From NCBI RefSeq assembly GCF_963921235.1, contig NC_086114.1, positions 48,980,001-49,044,000 of the forward strand: DNA of 64,000 bases, written 5' to 3'. Made by a program: the position numbers and the translations under genes. Below the pieces are notes generated by a model that ran no database searches, was not told the origin of the DNA, and saw only the letters and a program-made list of their open reading frames with translations. Origin of the DNA: Mobula hypostoma. Its lineage: Eukaryota. Of the stretch, positions 50,720 to 62,170 are shown one piece after another; positions within the stretch are counted from its first letter, which is position 1, and each line of letters starts with the position of its first letter.

Positions 50720-53452
50720 GCTTCAAGAAGGTGAAAGGTTTTTTTGCACTACCTTACTTCCCATTTTTCTATTTTCTATTTACGATTTATAATTTAAATT
50801 TTTAATATTTACTAATTTTAACTATTTTTAATATTTAGTATTTGTAATCCAGGGAGAGTGAAGCACAGAATCAAATATCGCTGTGATGATTGTGCGTTCT
50901 AGTACCAATTGTTTGGCAACAATAAAGTATAAAGTATGAAGTATAAGTATCCATCATTAACAGTCCCCACCATCCGGGACTTCTTATTACTACCATAGGG
51001 GAGGAAGTATGAGAGCCCGAAGACCCACACTCAATGTTTTAGAAAATGTTTCTTCCCTTCCACCATCAGATTTCCAACCTGTGCATGAACACATGACACT
51101 ATCTCTCTATTCCTCTTTTCACTGTTTATTTATTTATTGTAACATAGTCATGTTTATCTTGTACTGTACAACTGCCACAAAACAACAAATTTCATGACAT
51201 GTGTCCACGATAATAAAAAACTGATCTGAGTCTCCACATGCAGCCCAAAGGAGCGAACATCCAACATTTACAAGATGGTACCCTGAATAAACCAGGGACA
51301 TTCTCTTAATTTATTCCTGGAATGTGAACCTGAATTATTCATCTCATTAATTATACATCAAAGCTTGTGGAGTTATCACTCTAGCTGGGGAAAATCACAC
51401 AAATATCTGGAATAAGTTAACCTTTGCCGTTGTACAACAGTGGTATAGGCTTTTTGTATTGATATCATGGGTACAATATTAGACTCAAAATCAACCTACG
51501 CTTCGACTGACAGTAGACCAGCCTCATGCTTTCACACTTTCTGATAGACTGATTTCATAAAGTCATAAAAATATACAGCGTGGAAATAGGCCCACTGGGT
51601 CCTTAATCACCATCAAATATCCATGGACTCAAATCCAATTTACGCTTCTGGCATTCCCCTCATCTCCCCCATCTCACCTACACGGTGCAGTTTGACAATC
51701 AACCTGCCATTTAGTCTTACGGAATGGAAACACTTCAAGTTCCTGGGTGTGCTTTTCTTAGTGTCTCAGTCAAGAAAGCTCTCCAATAGCTTCACTTCCT
51801 TAGGGGGCTAAAGAAATTCAACATATCCTTGTTGTCTGTTACCATTTTTATTCATACACCAGAGAAAGCATTCTGTTTCAATGCATATCGACTTGGTATG
51901 GCAAATACTCCGCACATGACTGCAAGAATCTGTAGAGAGTTGTGGACACAGCTCAGCACATCATAGAAACCAGCCTTCCCTCAACAGACTCTGTCTACAC
52001 TTCTTGCTGCCTCAGTAAAGCAGCCAGCCTCATCAAAAACCCCACCCACCCTAGAAGTTCTCTTTTCTCCCTTTTCCCATTAGGCAGAAGATATAAAAGT
52101 CTAAAAGCACATACCAGCAGGCTCACAGACAGCTTCTACCCCATTAGTATCAAACTCCTGAACAGACTTCTTGTACAATAAGCTGGACTCTTGGCCTCAC
52201 GATCTACCTTGTTATGATCTTGCACTTTATCGTTTACCTGCACTGTACCTTTTTAGGTAGCATTTACACTTTATTCTGCATTGTTATTATTTTACCTTAT
52301 TCTAACTCAATGTACTATGCAACAATTTTATCTGTATGAACAGCAAGCTTTTCACTGTAGCCTGGTGCATGTGAGAATAATAAACCAATATCAATATCAT
52401 TGGTCCAACCGATCTATGCTAATGAAGATTCCGGTCTAATAAGGGATGCAGATAACCAGTTTGATTGTGAGGTGAACATTCAGTGAGGAATTTGCAGACT
52501 AAAATATATATAGGGAATTGCATATGTTGAATGTTTAATACCTTACTAGGCACAGAACAACTCTTTGGAATTTCAAACACAAGAGATTCAGCAGATACTG
52601 GATATCCTGAGCAACACATACAAAATTCTGCAGGAACTGAAGCAACTTGGCCCGAAACAGCATCTGTTTACTCCCTCGTGCAAAATTTTCACAACTTACA
52701 TGTGATGCCCACAGTCAATGTGGTTGTTCATTTCTGATCTAAAAACTGCTTTGGTTATGAACGTTTCTAAGGAACAGTGATACAAGCGATTGCAGTTGCT
52801 GTAATCTGGTGCAAGAAGCAATCTGCTGGAGGAACTCAGGGAGTCGAGCAGCATCTGTTGGGCGAAGAGAACTGTCGATATTTAGGGCTGAGACTCTGCC
52901 TTATAACCTGGGGGCTGGCTACATTTCTATTGTCACAAATGCAGTCTGACCTAACCAATATTTTCAGCATTTTCTTTTTTTTTGCTTTAGATTTCTCAGC
53001 TTTACTGTTTTTCTTTTCTCAACTACATTGACCGTGTGGTCACATATAGTCCACTGCGCATGGAGAGGAGGTTTTTATAAGTAAATGAATACAACTGCAT
53101 TTTCCAACACACTCAACGAGGTTACTGGATGTTACAACTGTCGTGGTCAGTCCTCCTTCGCTTTCTGATCCTCCTTGGCCCCACCATTCTCCATAGGAGT
53201 ACCACTGTGACAGATCATTTTGGATGAATACCCCACCACCCCTCATCACTACATCCACATTAGCCCCTCCTCTCCACGGCCCCTTAGCACCCTTCATCAT
53301 CCCATGCACTGCCACTCCACACTTCAAACCTACACTGACTGAGTCTTGGTCCTACTGCATTTTCACATGCCCTGCTGCTATCTAGAAGGGATCCCCTTGT
53401 CAAAAGTCACTTTGTCATTTCCTGTCGGAGTCACCTCTTGTTCAGATACTAG

Positions 53453-53922
53453 TATGCCCAAGACTTTTGTTTAGCACTGCAGTACTTCTGCACTGTATTA
53501 CTGCCGTATGTGAGTGATGATAAACTTGATTCTGATACGGGTCTCTATTGTGGACTGCGAGTGGAAAAGGGACAGGGAGAGGGGAATCATGATTGGAAAA
53601 AGGGTAAGAGGGAGGTGAGGGAGCAGGATGCACCAGAGAGACAATATGTAATGATCGATAAACCAATTGTTTGATGTCAAATGAACTTGCCCGGTTTCTC
53701 AGGCTGGGTGTTTCTGCACCCGCACCATCCGCCCCACTCTCTTTCTCTGCCACCTGTCCCACACGCCTCCCCGCCGCACTCCACCCTTGTCCTTCCCAAC
53801 ATCCTTTGTTCCTACCAGATTTACAAACTTGCTCTCCACTCCACATTGACAAATACAGTACTGTGCAAAAGTCTTAGGCATTCGAGCTACATATATGGGC
53901 CTAAGACTTTTGCACGGTAACG
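53453..53922 (+). mobile_element. Second copy of the mini-MITE-bounded composite
   Basis: Half mini-MITE at the left end, full one at 53856-53922, same body. Confidence 0.6.
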
Positions 53923-54242
53923 TATATATAATCGGTCTACCTATATAAGCTAATCTTATGTATTTATGGCCACACTGAGCAGTTACTTGTACATTGCATT
54001 TATATTGTTCTTTTATATTTACGGTTATTGTGCTTTTTTTGTTTATTGAGTTTTTGTTACGCTGCATTGGATCCAGACTAACAATCATTTCATTCTCTTT
54101 TACACCTGTGTACAGAAGAATGATAATAAATAATCTTGCTCCCACAGTTACATTATTCATTTCTTCTGCAAGTTCAAGCTCCCACTTTCCTCCGTCCTTT
54201 GTCCTCCATCTGTCAAACCATTTAAAATATGGGGATGATCAT

Positions 54243-55098
54243 TGTTACGAGAATACACATAAAATTAAGATGTTTGCTGGCCTGGGCTAGCATCAGTGGC
54301 ATCAGCAGTTGGTCTGCCACCTGCCCTCAGGGGAAGGAGAGATAAGGAACAATGGAGCAGCGTCTGGAGATGTGTAATGAAGGGACGTGGGAGAGAGTGC
54401 TGTCTGGAGCGGCTCCCCCCTTTGAACCCTGAACTGTTTGAAGTGATGGACAGGCGATACCCCAGCAGGGGGATAAAAAGGGACAGGTTCGCTAAGACGG
54501 ACACACACGCCACCCGAGGTAACGAGACCCTGGAAGCGGTGCGCCTCTCACGAGTGGGTGAGAAGTATCAGACAACGACAAGGGTGGAAAGGTACGATCA
54601 GCGGGAACCCGGTGTGTGTCCGCCCTTGCCTGGGTGCCGGGTTCACTGCAGAGGATCGACCGCATCTGGAGGAGGGGTCACAGTCGGTGACCTCAGGTGA
54701 CATCACCAAGGACCCGCCCAAAAGCTGTTTGTGAGCCATCTCGCTGGTCTGTGAGTGAAGCAGTGTTCTGAATGATCAGTTGTTCCTATTCTATCTCTCT
54801 CTCCCCCCACGTTGTCCCTCGCCATGGCAACGATTACTGCGAACTGAACTGGACTGAACTTTGAGTCATTTTGAAATTTGGTCATTTACCCCCTAGACAA
54901 CGATAGAGCTTGATTGATGCTGTTATCTTAATTCTGTGCACATGTGTGGTTATCATTGTTGAATTGTTGCATTTATTATCCTTTCGATTACTGTGTTGTT
55001 TGTTTCTTTAATAAAACTTTCTTAGTTCTAGTACTCCAGACTCCAACTGAGTGATCCATTTCTGCTGGTTTGGCAACCCAGTTACGGGGTACGTAACA
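54243..55098 (+). repeat. 5' LTR (856 bp)
   Basis: tgttacgaga...acgtaaca; AATAAA near 55010. Identical by eye to the 3' LTR except one extra G in a G-run near the end. Confidence 0.95.
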
Positions 55099-55102
55099 TA
55101 AG

Positions 55103-55121
55103 TGGGGTTCTCGTCCGCGAT
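55103..55121 (+). promoter_or_regulatory. Primer-binding site, tRNA-Pro-like (imperfect)
   Basis: TGGGGTTCTCGTCCGCGAT, 4 nt after the 5' LTR. It matches the tRNA-Pro PBS TGGGGGCTCGTCCGGGAT at 16/18 with a 1-nt insertion. Confidence 0.75.
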
Positions 55122-55197
55122 TTTGAACGCTAAATTTGGGACGGAGTAAATTGATTGGGTTAAAATTCCCGAAAGAAAGAAAAGACAAACAGCAGAA

Positions 55198-56610
55198 ATG
55201 GAGGTTGAGGAATTTATAAAGGCGCCGACCTTGGAGGCATTAGAGGACGCCAGGAAATCGGAATTGATAGCTGTGGCCAAACGGGTGAATCTTGCTAAGG
55301 TGAAGTCGACAATGAGGAGAGAGGAGATACACAGAGCTATTGTAGAGCACTATGTATCTAAAGGTGTGTTTCCCCAAGGTGAGCTGGGGGAGGTGTCTAT
55401 TGAAAAACCTGCTGGAGACGCGGTACAGGTACAGCTTGAAAAACTGAGACTCGAGCACGAGTTCCGGGTACGGCAGTTAGAACACGAAGAGAAGCAGTTA
55501 GAAAGGCAGGAGAGAGAGTTAGAAAGGCGGGAGAGAGAGAAAGAGGTAGAAAGGCAAGAGAGAGAAAGACAGTTGGAGAGAGAAGAGAGAGAGAGGGACA
55601 GACAGTTGGAGAGAGAGGAGAAACAGAGGAAAAGGGAATTTGAGCTGGAGAAGTTAAAGATAAGGGCCGAGCAGGGGCTCGTGCCGAACCAAGGTGGAGG
55701 GTTCCGGGCGACCCAGGAGGTTAGGCTGGTTCCCCCTTTTGACGATACCGACGCGGATCGGTACTTTCTCCACTTCGAAAAGGTGGCTATAAGTCAGGAA
55801 TGGCCGAGGGATAAGTGGGTTGTTTTACTTCAGAGTGTACTGAAAGGGAAGGCCCAAGAAGCTTACTCAGCTTTATCCGCGGAAGATGCCCAGAAGTATG
55901 AGGTGGTGAAGGAGGCCATCCTCAGGATTTATGAGTTGGTCCCGGAGGCATACCGGCAGAGGTTCCGGAATGCGAGGAAGCGGTGGGACCGCACGTATTT
56001 GGAGTTTGCTCGTGAGATGCAAACATATTGTGAGCGTTGGTGCGCCTCGAAAGGGGTAGAGGGGGATTATGACAGACTGCTACAGCTGATTCTGATTGAG
56101 CAGTTTAAAGGTTGTGTCCCTGAGGGTATGAGACCCTACCTCGATGAGAAAGAGGCAGCCACGTTAGCCGCAACTGCTAAGTTAGCGGATGAGTATGCGT
56201 TGACGCATAAAATGAAGTTTGCCCCGAGTAAAGGCTACCAGAAGGGTAGTCAGGACGGCGGGGAGAGTCCGCCGGAAAAGTCAGAAAGTAAGCCGGGGAC
56301 TAGTGAAAAGGATAAGGTAGACCGGGAGCAGTCTGGTAGGAAGTCTCCTGGGGTCGTCTGTTATAATTGTGGGAAAGTCGGACACTTTGCGTCCAGGTGC
56401 TTTGCCCCAAGGAAGGAGACGGGGAAAGGAAAAGCGGAAATTTTGAATGGCTGTATTGAGCTGTTAAGCGAACCGCTAGGGAAGGACAGGTCTGAAAAAG
56501 TCCAGGAAGGGCGCGAGAGGTTTATCTCGGCCGGACTGGTGTCAGTGAAGGAGAGGTTAAAACCAGTTCCAGTGCGGATCTGGAGAGACACGGAGCGTGT
56601 CAGTCACTAA
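55198..56610 (+). CDS. gag: Gag (470 aa): helical N-terminus, E/R-rich coiled coil, SCAN-related capsid, CCHC knuckle
   Basis: Open ORF containing LHFEKVA..WP...W..LLQSVLKGKAQEAYSAL, YELVPEAYRQRFR, LILIEQF and ADEY motifs typical of Gmr1-like Gag. The knuckle CYNCGKVGHFASRC is at 56359-56400. The ORF ends just after the protease D-T because of a 1-nt frameshift. Confidence 0.9.
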   Translation: MEVEEFIKAPTLEALEDARKSELIAVAKRVNLAKVKSTMRREEIHRAIVEHYVSKGVFPQGELGEVSIEKPAGDAVQVQLEKLRLEHEFRVRQLEHEEKQLERQERELERREREKEVERQERERQLEREERERDRQLEREEKQRKREFELEKLKIRAEQGLVPNQGGGFRATQEVRLVPPFDDTDADRYFLHFEKVAISQEWPRDKWVVLLQSVLKGKAQEAYSALSAEDAQKYEVVKEAILRIYELVPEAYRQRFRNARKRWDRTYLEFAREMQTYCERWCASKGVEGDYDRLLQLILIEQFKGCVPEGMRPYLDEKEAATLAATAKLADEYALTHKMKFAPSKGYQKGSQDGGESPPEKSESKPGTSEKDKVDREQSGRKSPGVVCYNCGKVGHFASRCFAPRKETGKGKAEILNGCIELLSEPLGKDRSEKVQEGRERFISAGLVSVKERLKPVPVRIWRDTERVSH

Positions 56611-58076
56611 TACTGAAGAGTGTATTAGAGTTTAGCTCAGAGACCCAGACTGGGGAGGTAGAGGTCAAAGGTGTTGGGGAAGGGACAGAGTCAGTCCCTT
56701 TGCACCAGATACATTTACAGAGCAACCTGGTCTCTGGACTAGTCACGATCGGGGTGAGGTCCGAATTACCGATGAAAGACGTGGAAGTCTTGCTCGGTAA
56801 TGACATCGCCGGAGGAATCGTGTTCCCAGTCGTGAGATTGACGGGTCAGCCTGCCAGCATGGAGGCCCCGCCCGCGATGGTGAATTTGGCTGAAACATTT
56901 CTGCCAACCTTGTATGAGACAGGGTGTAGTGAGATAAGAGGTAGTGAGGGAGCTGGGACGGACGTAGCAGTAGCCAGGAAAGAATTTGTGCAGACGCAGG
57001 AGCGAGACGAGGGGCTGATGGTTTTTGCCGAGACCTCTCTCTCTGACACAGCCTTGACAAGCTATTGTGCGGATGAGGAAGTGCTAAGGAAGAAAGGGAA
57101 ATCAAGTTCAGCATCTGCAGATGAGGAGTGGGGGGTGGTGCAAAAGAGTTATGGGGATGAGGTTTTTAACATGGCCCACGAGGTACCCCCCGGTGGACAT
57201 TTTGCGGTGCTGGAGGAAACAGTTGGTGGAATCATGAAAGAGATTTACCGGCTGCCCAGGGGGAAAAATGTTATTGATCATGACCGACGCGAACTGAGAC
57301 GGTCACCGGCTTTTGATATGCTAACAAACCTAGTCGGTGTTAGCGTGGAAATCAATGAAGCTAGGGGCCCCCTGATAAGAGAAAAAAACCATTTTGAAAA
57401 GATTAGGATGGGATCGGTCAGATGGGAGAAGGCTATTGTTTTGGCCAGGTCTACTGATAAGGTCTCTCCCTTAATCCCCGAACAAAGCGAATCTTTAGAA
57501 GGAGTAATTAAACGACTCGCACCTATGTGTTTGATTGTCCCGAGGAAATGCAAAGAACTGGGACGTTGGGTGATTGTGGTTACAATAGGGCAGCCAAGTA
57601 AACAACACCCATATTTTTTGAGTAATTCAGTGACTAAAGGACTGATGAACACAGAGGTGTGTATTGGCAATTTAATACGGCTGTCTGAAGCCAGTTTGAT
57701 AGTGAACCTTGAAAAAAATGAATTCGGCCACACGAGGGTCACTTACCTGGGAATTGTGGTGACACAGGGGCAGCTGGCAGCGATGCAAGCTACAGTGCAG
57801 GCTATCGCTGACCTCCCAACCCCGACAGACAAGAGGGCCCTCAGAAGGCTCTTGGAGATGGTGGGGTACTGCAGGAAGTTTTGCAATAACTCTGCGGTCA
57901 ATACCCGTCCCCCTCCTACTAAGCCCTTGCGAGAGAAAATTGAGTCGGAATGGGACGACCCTTGTTGTTGTGGTCCGGGACAAAACCAAATGAGAGGTTA
58001 CATTGGTCGCAATTCATCAGTGTTTTTGGCCACTATGAAGTTTGCTGAGTTGGAGCCTGGTCTAAGGGATTATTAA
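56595..58076 (+). pseudogene. pol: Protease plus vestigial IN/RT remnant in one open frame
   Basis: GAC ACG GA GCG TGT CAG = D-T-(G)-A-C-Q-S-L-I with one G missing; LLGNDIAGG follows. Next come the IN zinc-finger His pair (AHEVPPGGHF), the RT N-terminus (KQHPY) and the RT thumb (VNLEK.EFG...VTYLG...LRRLLEMVGYCRKFC). There is no YxDD, IN DDE core or RNase H. Confidence 0.85.
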
Positions 58077-58236
58077 TAACACGTGTAAAAGGAACAGAAA
58101 ATGTGATGACTGTCTGTCAAGGTGTTGACAGCTTCAAATTCTCTGTATTAGCTAAATAACTGTTAAAGATGTATATTGTGTATGTATCAGATAATGTAGT
58201 CATGTTTGTAATTTTTACCTCCCGGTAAAAATCCTT

Positions 58237-58248
58237 AAAGGGGGGAAG
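58237..58248 (+). promoter_or_regulatory. Polypurine tract
   Basis: aaaggggggaag immediately before the 3' LTR TG. Confidence 0.85.
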
Positions 58249-59103
58249 TGTTACGAGAATACACATAAAATTAAGATGTTTGCTGGCCTGGGCTAGCATC
58301 AGTGGCATCAGCAGTTGGTCTGCCACCTGCCCTCAGGGGAAGGAGAGATAAGGAACAATGGAGCAGCGTCTGGAGATGTGTAATGAAGGGACGTGGGAGA
58401 GAGTGCTGTCTGGAGCGGCTCCCCCCTTTGAACCCTGAACTGTTTGAAGTGATGGACAGGCGATACCCCAGCAGGGGGATAAAAAGGGACAGGTTCGCTA
58501 AGACGGACACACACGCCACCCGAGGTAACGAGACCCTGGAAGCGGTGCGCCTCTCACGAGTGGGTGAGAAGTATCAGACAACGACAAGGGTGGAAAGGTA
58601 CGATCAGCGGGAACCCGGTGTGTGTCCGCCCTTGCCTGGGTGCCGGGTTCACTGCAGAGGATCGACCGCATCTGGAGGAGGGGTCACAGTCGGTGACCTC
58701 AGGTGACATCACCAAGGACCCGCCCAAAAGCTGTTTGTGAGCCATCTCGCTGGTCTGTGAGTGAAGCAGTGTTCTGAATGATCAGTTGTTCCTATTCTAT
58801 CTCTCTCTCCCCCCACGTTGTCCCTCGCCATGGCAACGATTACTGCGAACTGAACTGGACTGAACTTTGAGTCATTTTGAAATTTGGTCATTTACCCCCT
58901 AGACAACGATAGAGCTTGATTGATGCTGTTATCTTAATTCTGTGCACATGTGTGGTTATCATTGTTGAATTGTTGCATTTATTATCCTTTCGATTACTGT
59001 GTTGTTTGTTTCTTTAATAAAACTTTCTTAGTTCTAGTACTCCAGACTCCAACTGAGTGATCCATTTCTGCTGGTTTGGCAACCCAGTTACGGGTACGTA
59101 ACA
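58249..59103 (+). repeat. 3' LTR (855 bp)
   Basis: Offset 4006 from the 5' LTR; preceded by the PPT and followed by TSD TCAT. Confidence 0.95.
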
Positions 59104-60563
59104 TCATACTGCAGCTGATGGAAGTAGAAAACATTGGAGAACATCCTGCAGGTCAAAGAGGATCCAATGGAAGGAGAGATAGGTAATATTATAGGCCGAT
59201 GACCCTTTGTCAGATCTGGGAAGGAGAGAAAACAAGTTGGCTTTCAGTAGCAGATGGGGGAGGGATGGGTAGAAAGTTGGAATATCTCCTACAGGGTGAG
59301 ACCGAAGTGGGTTAATGTGACAATGGGAGACTTGTGCTCTTTGGCTATGCTATGTGATGCAGATAGCAGGGCTATGGGACAAAACATGTTAAACTTGATG
59401 TCACAGAAAACTCCTTTTCTGCTCTGCCTGCGGAGCTTGAATCCTGGTTCTGGGAAGTCCTAAGTCAGGCATATGACTTTGCCAGGTTTACCAAGGTAAA
59501 GGAGGGATGGTGCCTAAACATGAATAAGGTAGTTATTAGTATTTCCAACATGGAATCCAGGGAAAACAGCTCACCCAGAAAAGAAAAACCACAGACCTGG
59601 AGGGGTGTTATTTTCTTATGAGGAAAGGTTAGACTTGCTGTAATAAAAGATAACTTGATTGGAAAACTAAAAACCTGAGGTGTCAACACATTAGGTGGAG
59701 GGGATAGTTCCTCTAATAACAGAATTTAAAGGGGATATTAAAGAATAGATTCTGAGTTACTGAGTTACTCACCTATATAAGACATAGATGAGAAGATACA
59801 GAGACAGATAGAAGTTTATAAATTTATGAGAAGCTTATCAGACATAGACAACCTGAAACATTCTACCAGGGTAGAGATGTCAAATACTAGAAGACATGGT
59901 CTTAAGGCAAGAGGGAGCTTAAAGGAGATGTGAAAGGCAAGTTTTTTTTTACACAGAGAGTATCAGGTATCTGGAGCATACTCTGCCGGGGGTTGTGGTG
60001 GAAGCAGATATGATCGTGGCTTTTAAGAGGCTGCTTGACACATGAATATGTAAAGACTAGGGGAACGTGGATCACGTGCAGACAAAAGGAATTAGGTTAA
60101 TTTGACATCATGTTTGGCAGAGACATCTTGGGCTGAAGGGCCTGATCCTGTGCAGTGAGAACTTCTTTCCTCGACAAGCAGAGGAACAGTCTCTGAATAT
60201 CCTGAAAGGCAGAGCTGGGCAGATTCTTGATAAGAAAACAGTGAAAGGTCACCCCAATGAACATGAATCTGAGTTCCCAGTGGCAGTTGGACCAGCCAGT
60301 CTCACTGAATGGTGGGACAGATTCGAGGGGCCGAGTGGCCTTCTCCTGCCCCCACTTTGTACATTTGTTGGTACAGCTGAGGAAACTGGCACTGCAGGCA
60401 GAGGAATACATTCCAGGAGCGAGGGGGAAAGATTTTGGATTGAACATTCATGTAGTTCTGCTCTAATGTGATTATGGATGAAGGAACAGCATTTGCAATT
60501 TGTTGATCAAGTTGGTTACTCATGATTGGAAAAACTTGTTTAAATCTGTGATTTGAAGGCAAC

Positions 60564-60655
60564 CAGAGCCACAAAGGACAACGCTGATTCCCATTTATCA
60601 TTAACACACGTCAAAATAAGTGAATAAAATCTAGTGCTTTATAAACCAAGTCCAC
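60564..60655 (-). pseudogene. Degenerate duplicate of the 63899-63955 exon 3' half plus donor and intron start
   Basis: 60564-60637 aligns to 63854-63925 (about 62/74 identical by hand). It reads VDLVYKALDFIHLF* with an in-frame TGA and a gtgtgt donor-like end. Confidence 0.5.
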
Positions 60656-60829
60656 CTGTACATACACAGGTATACCTCATTGTATATAGTTCACAATTAT
60701 TTGCACTATTGTTTTGTTTGCTTTTTTTTTGATTCTGTACAGCGAGAGCTCAGGAAAACCGGCATCAAATTCCCTGTATGTGTCCACGTACTTGGCGATA
60801 ATAAAGGATTCTGATTCTGATTCTGAGCT

Positions 60830-61880
60830 TGTTTTCCTACAATGAGAAAAAGTAAGTCACCAGAGCAATGGACAATGATCCTCACTGACTTTATAAAATC
60901 AGTCATGAATGAGTGTATCCCCAGAAAATCATTCAGAATCTTCCCCAACCAGACGCCCTGGATAAACCAAGAAATCCACTATCTGCTGAGGGCCAGATCA
61001 GTGGCATTCAGATCTGGCGTGCAAGTAAATTACAAGATGTCTAGATACGACCTTTAGAAAGCCACCTCACATGTGAAGTGGCAATTCCAACCAAACCTGA
61101 ATCACAGAAGGATCCTCGACAGCTGTGGCTGGGGTTGAATGCTATCACCTCCTACAAGGTAAAACCAAGTGACTTACGTACCAAATTTTGCTCCCAGACG
61201 TTTATGCTTTTTATGCTCACTTTGATCGACAAAACATGGAGGCATCTTCACGAACTCCCACAGTACTCGATGACTTGTGATTCATTAAAGCATCATTCAG
61301 AAAGCACCTGTCCCAAATGGGTTACCTGGCTGACTACTGAAGACCTGTGCTGGTTAACTGGCTGCAGTGTTCACTGATATCTTTAAGCTCTCACTTCGGC
61401 AGTATGTAGTACCCATCTGCTTCAATTCTACTCGTGCCCAGAATGAACTTGGTAATCTGCCTCAATGCATCCAGTAGCATTTACTATACATCCACAGTGA
61501 CGAAGTGCTTTGCGAGGCTTATGGTAAACTTATCAACCACCTGAGGTGCAAGTTGGATCCACTCCAATTTGCCTACTATCACAGCAGATGCCATTTCATT
61601 GGCTCTTCTCTCAACCCTGGAACATCCAGACAGTGAGGATGCAAACATCAGAATGTTCTTCATTGATTACAGCTCAACATTCAACACTATCCTCCCTTCA
61701 ACATTAATCAATAAGCTCCAGGACTTTGGCCTCAGTACTTCTTTGCGCAACTGGATCCTCAATTTCTTCACTTGAAGACCCCAATCAGTTCGGATTGGCA
61801 ACAACATCACCTCCACAATCACATCAGCACCGGTGCCCCACTAGGTGTGTGCTTAGCCCCATGTTTTAATCTCTTTACAC
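60830..61880 (+). mobile_element. Degenerate Rex1/Babar-type LINE fragment
   Basis: PNQTPWINQEI and MFFIDYSSTFNTILPSTLINKL motifs in the ORF track. Confidence 0.7.
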
Positions 61881-61899
61881 TTATGTCTGGGAGGCATAG

Positions 61900-62170
61900 G
61901 TCCCCTCCACCTTCCCTTTCTTGTATAGTTCACTCTCCTCTCCTCTCAGATATCCCTTCTTCTCTAGACCTTGAACTTTTCCACCCACCTAGCTTCATCT
62001 ATAATCTTCCAGCTAGCCTCCTTCCCCTCCCCCTACCTTTTTATTTTGGCATCTTCCCCCTTCCTTCTCAGTCCTGAAGAAGGGACTCGGCCTGAAACAT
62101 CAACTATTTATCCATTTCCATAGATGCTGCCTGGCCTGCTGAGTTCCTCCAGCATGTTATGTGTGTTGTA
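61900..62170 (+). mobile_element. Penelope-like tail fragment
   Basis: agtcCTGAAGAAGGGACTCGGCCTGAAACATCaact (62070-62105) and the standard tail. Confidence 0.65.

Larger units (their letters stand above)
47640..51200 (+). mobile_element. Old Rex1/Babar-type LINE fragment hosting several nested insertions
   Basis: Degenerate RT pieces (DLDPMQFAY, TLTLLM-like, KFLGVNISEDL-like) interrupted at 47920, 48925, 50510 and ~50733. Confidence 0.65.
54243..59103 (+). mobile_element. Young, internally deleted Gmr1-like Ty3/Gypsy LTR retrotransposon (4861 bp)
   Basis: Two LTRs TG...CA; 4-bp TSD TCAT (54239-54242, 59104-59107); PBS, gag, protease, IN remnant before RT remnant, PPT. Confidence 0.95.

Noticed and set aside
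54265-54885. ORFs duplicated exactly at 58271-58891
   Set aside because: They are LTR sequence present twice, with no protein motifs.
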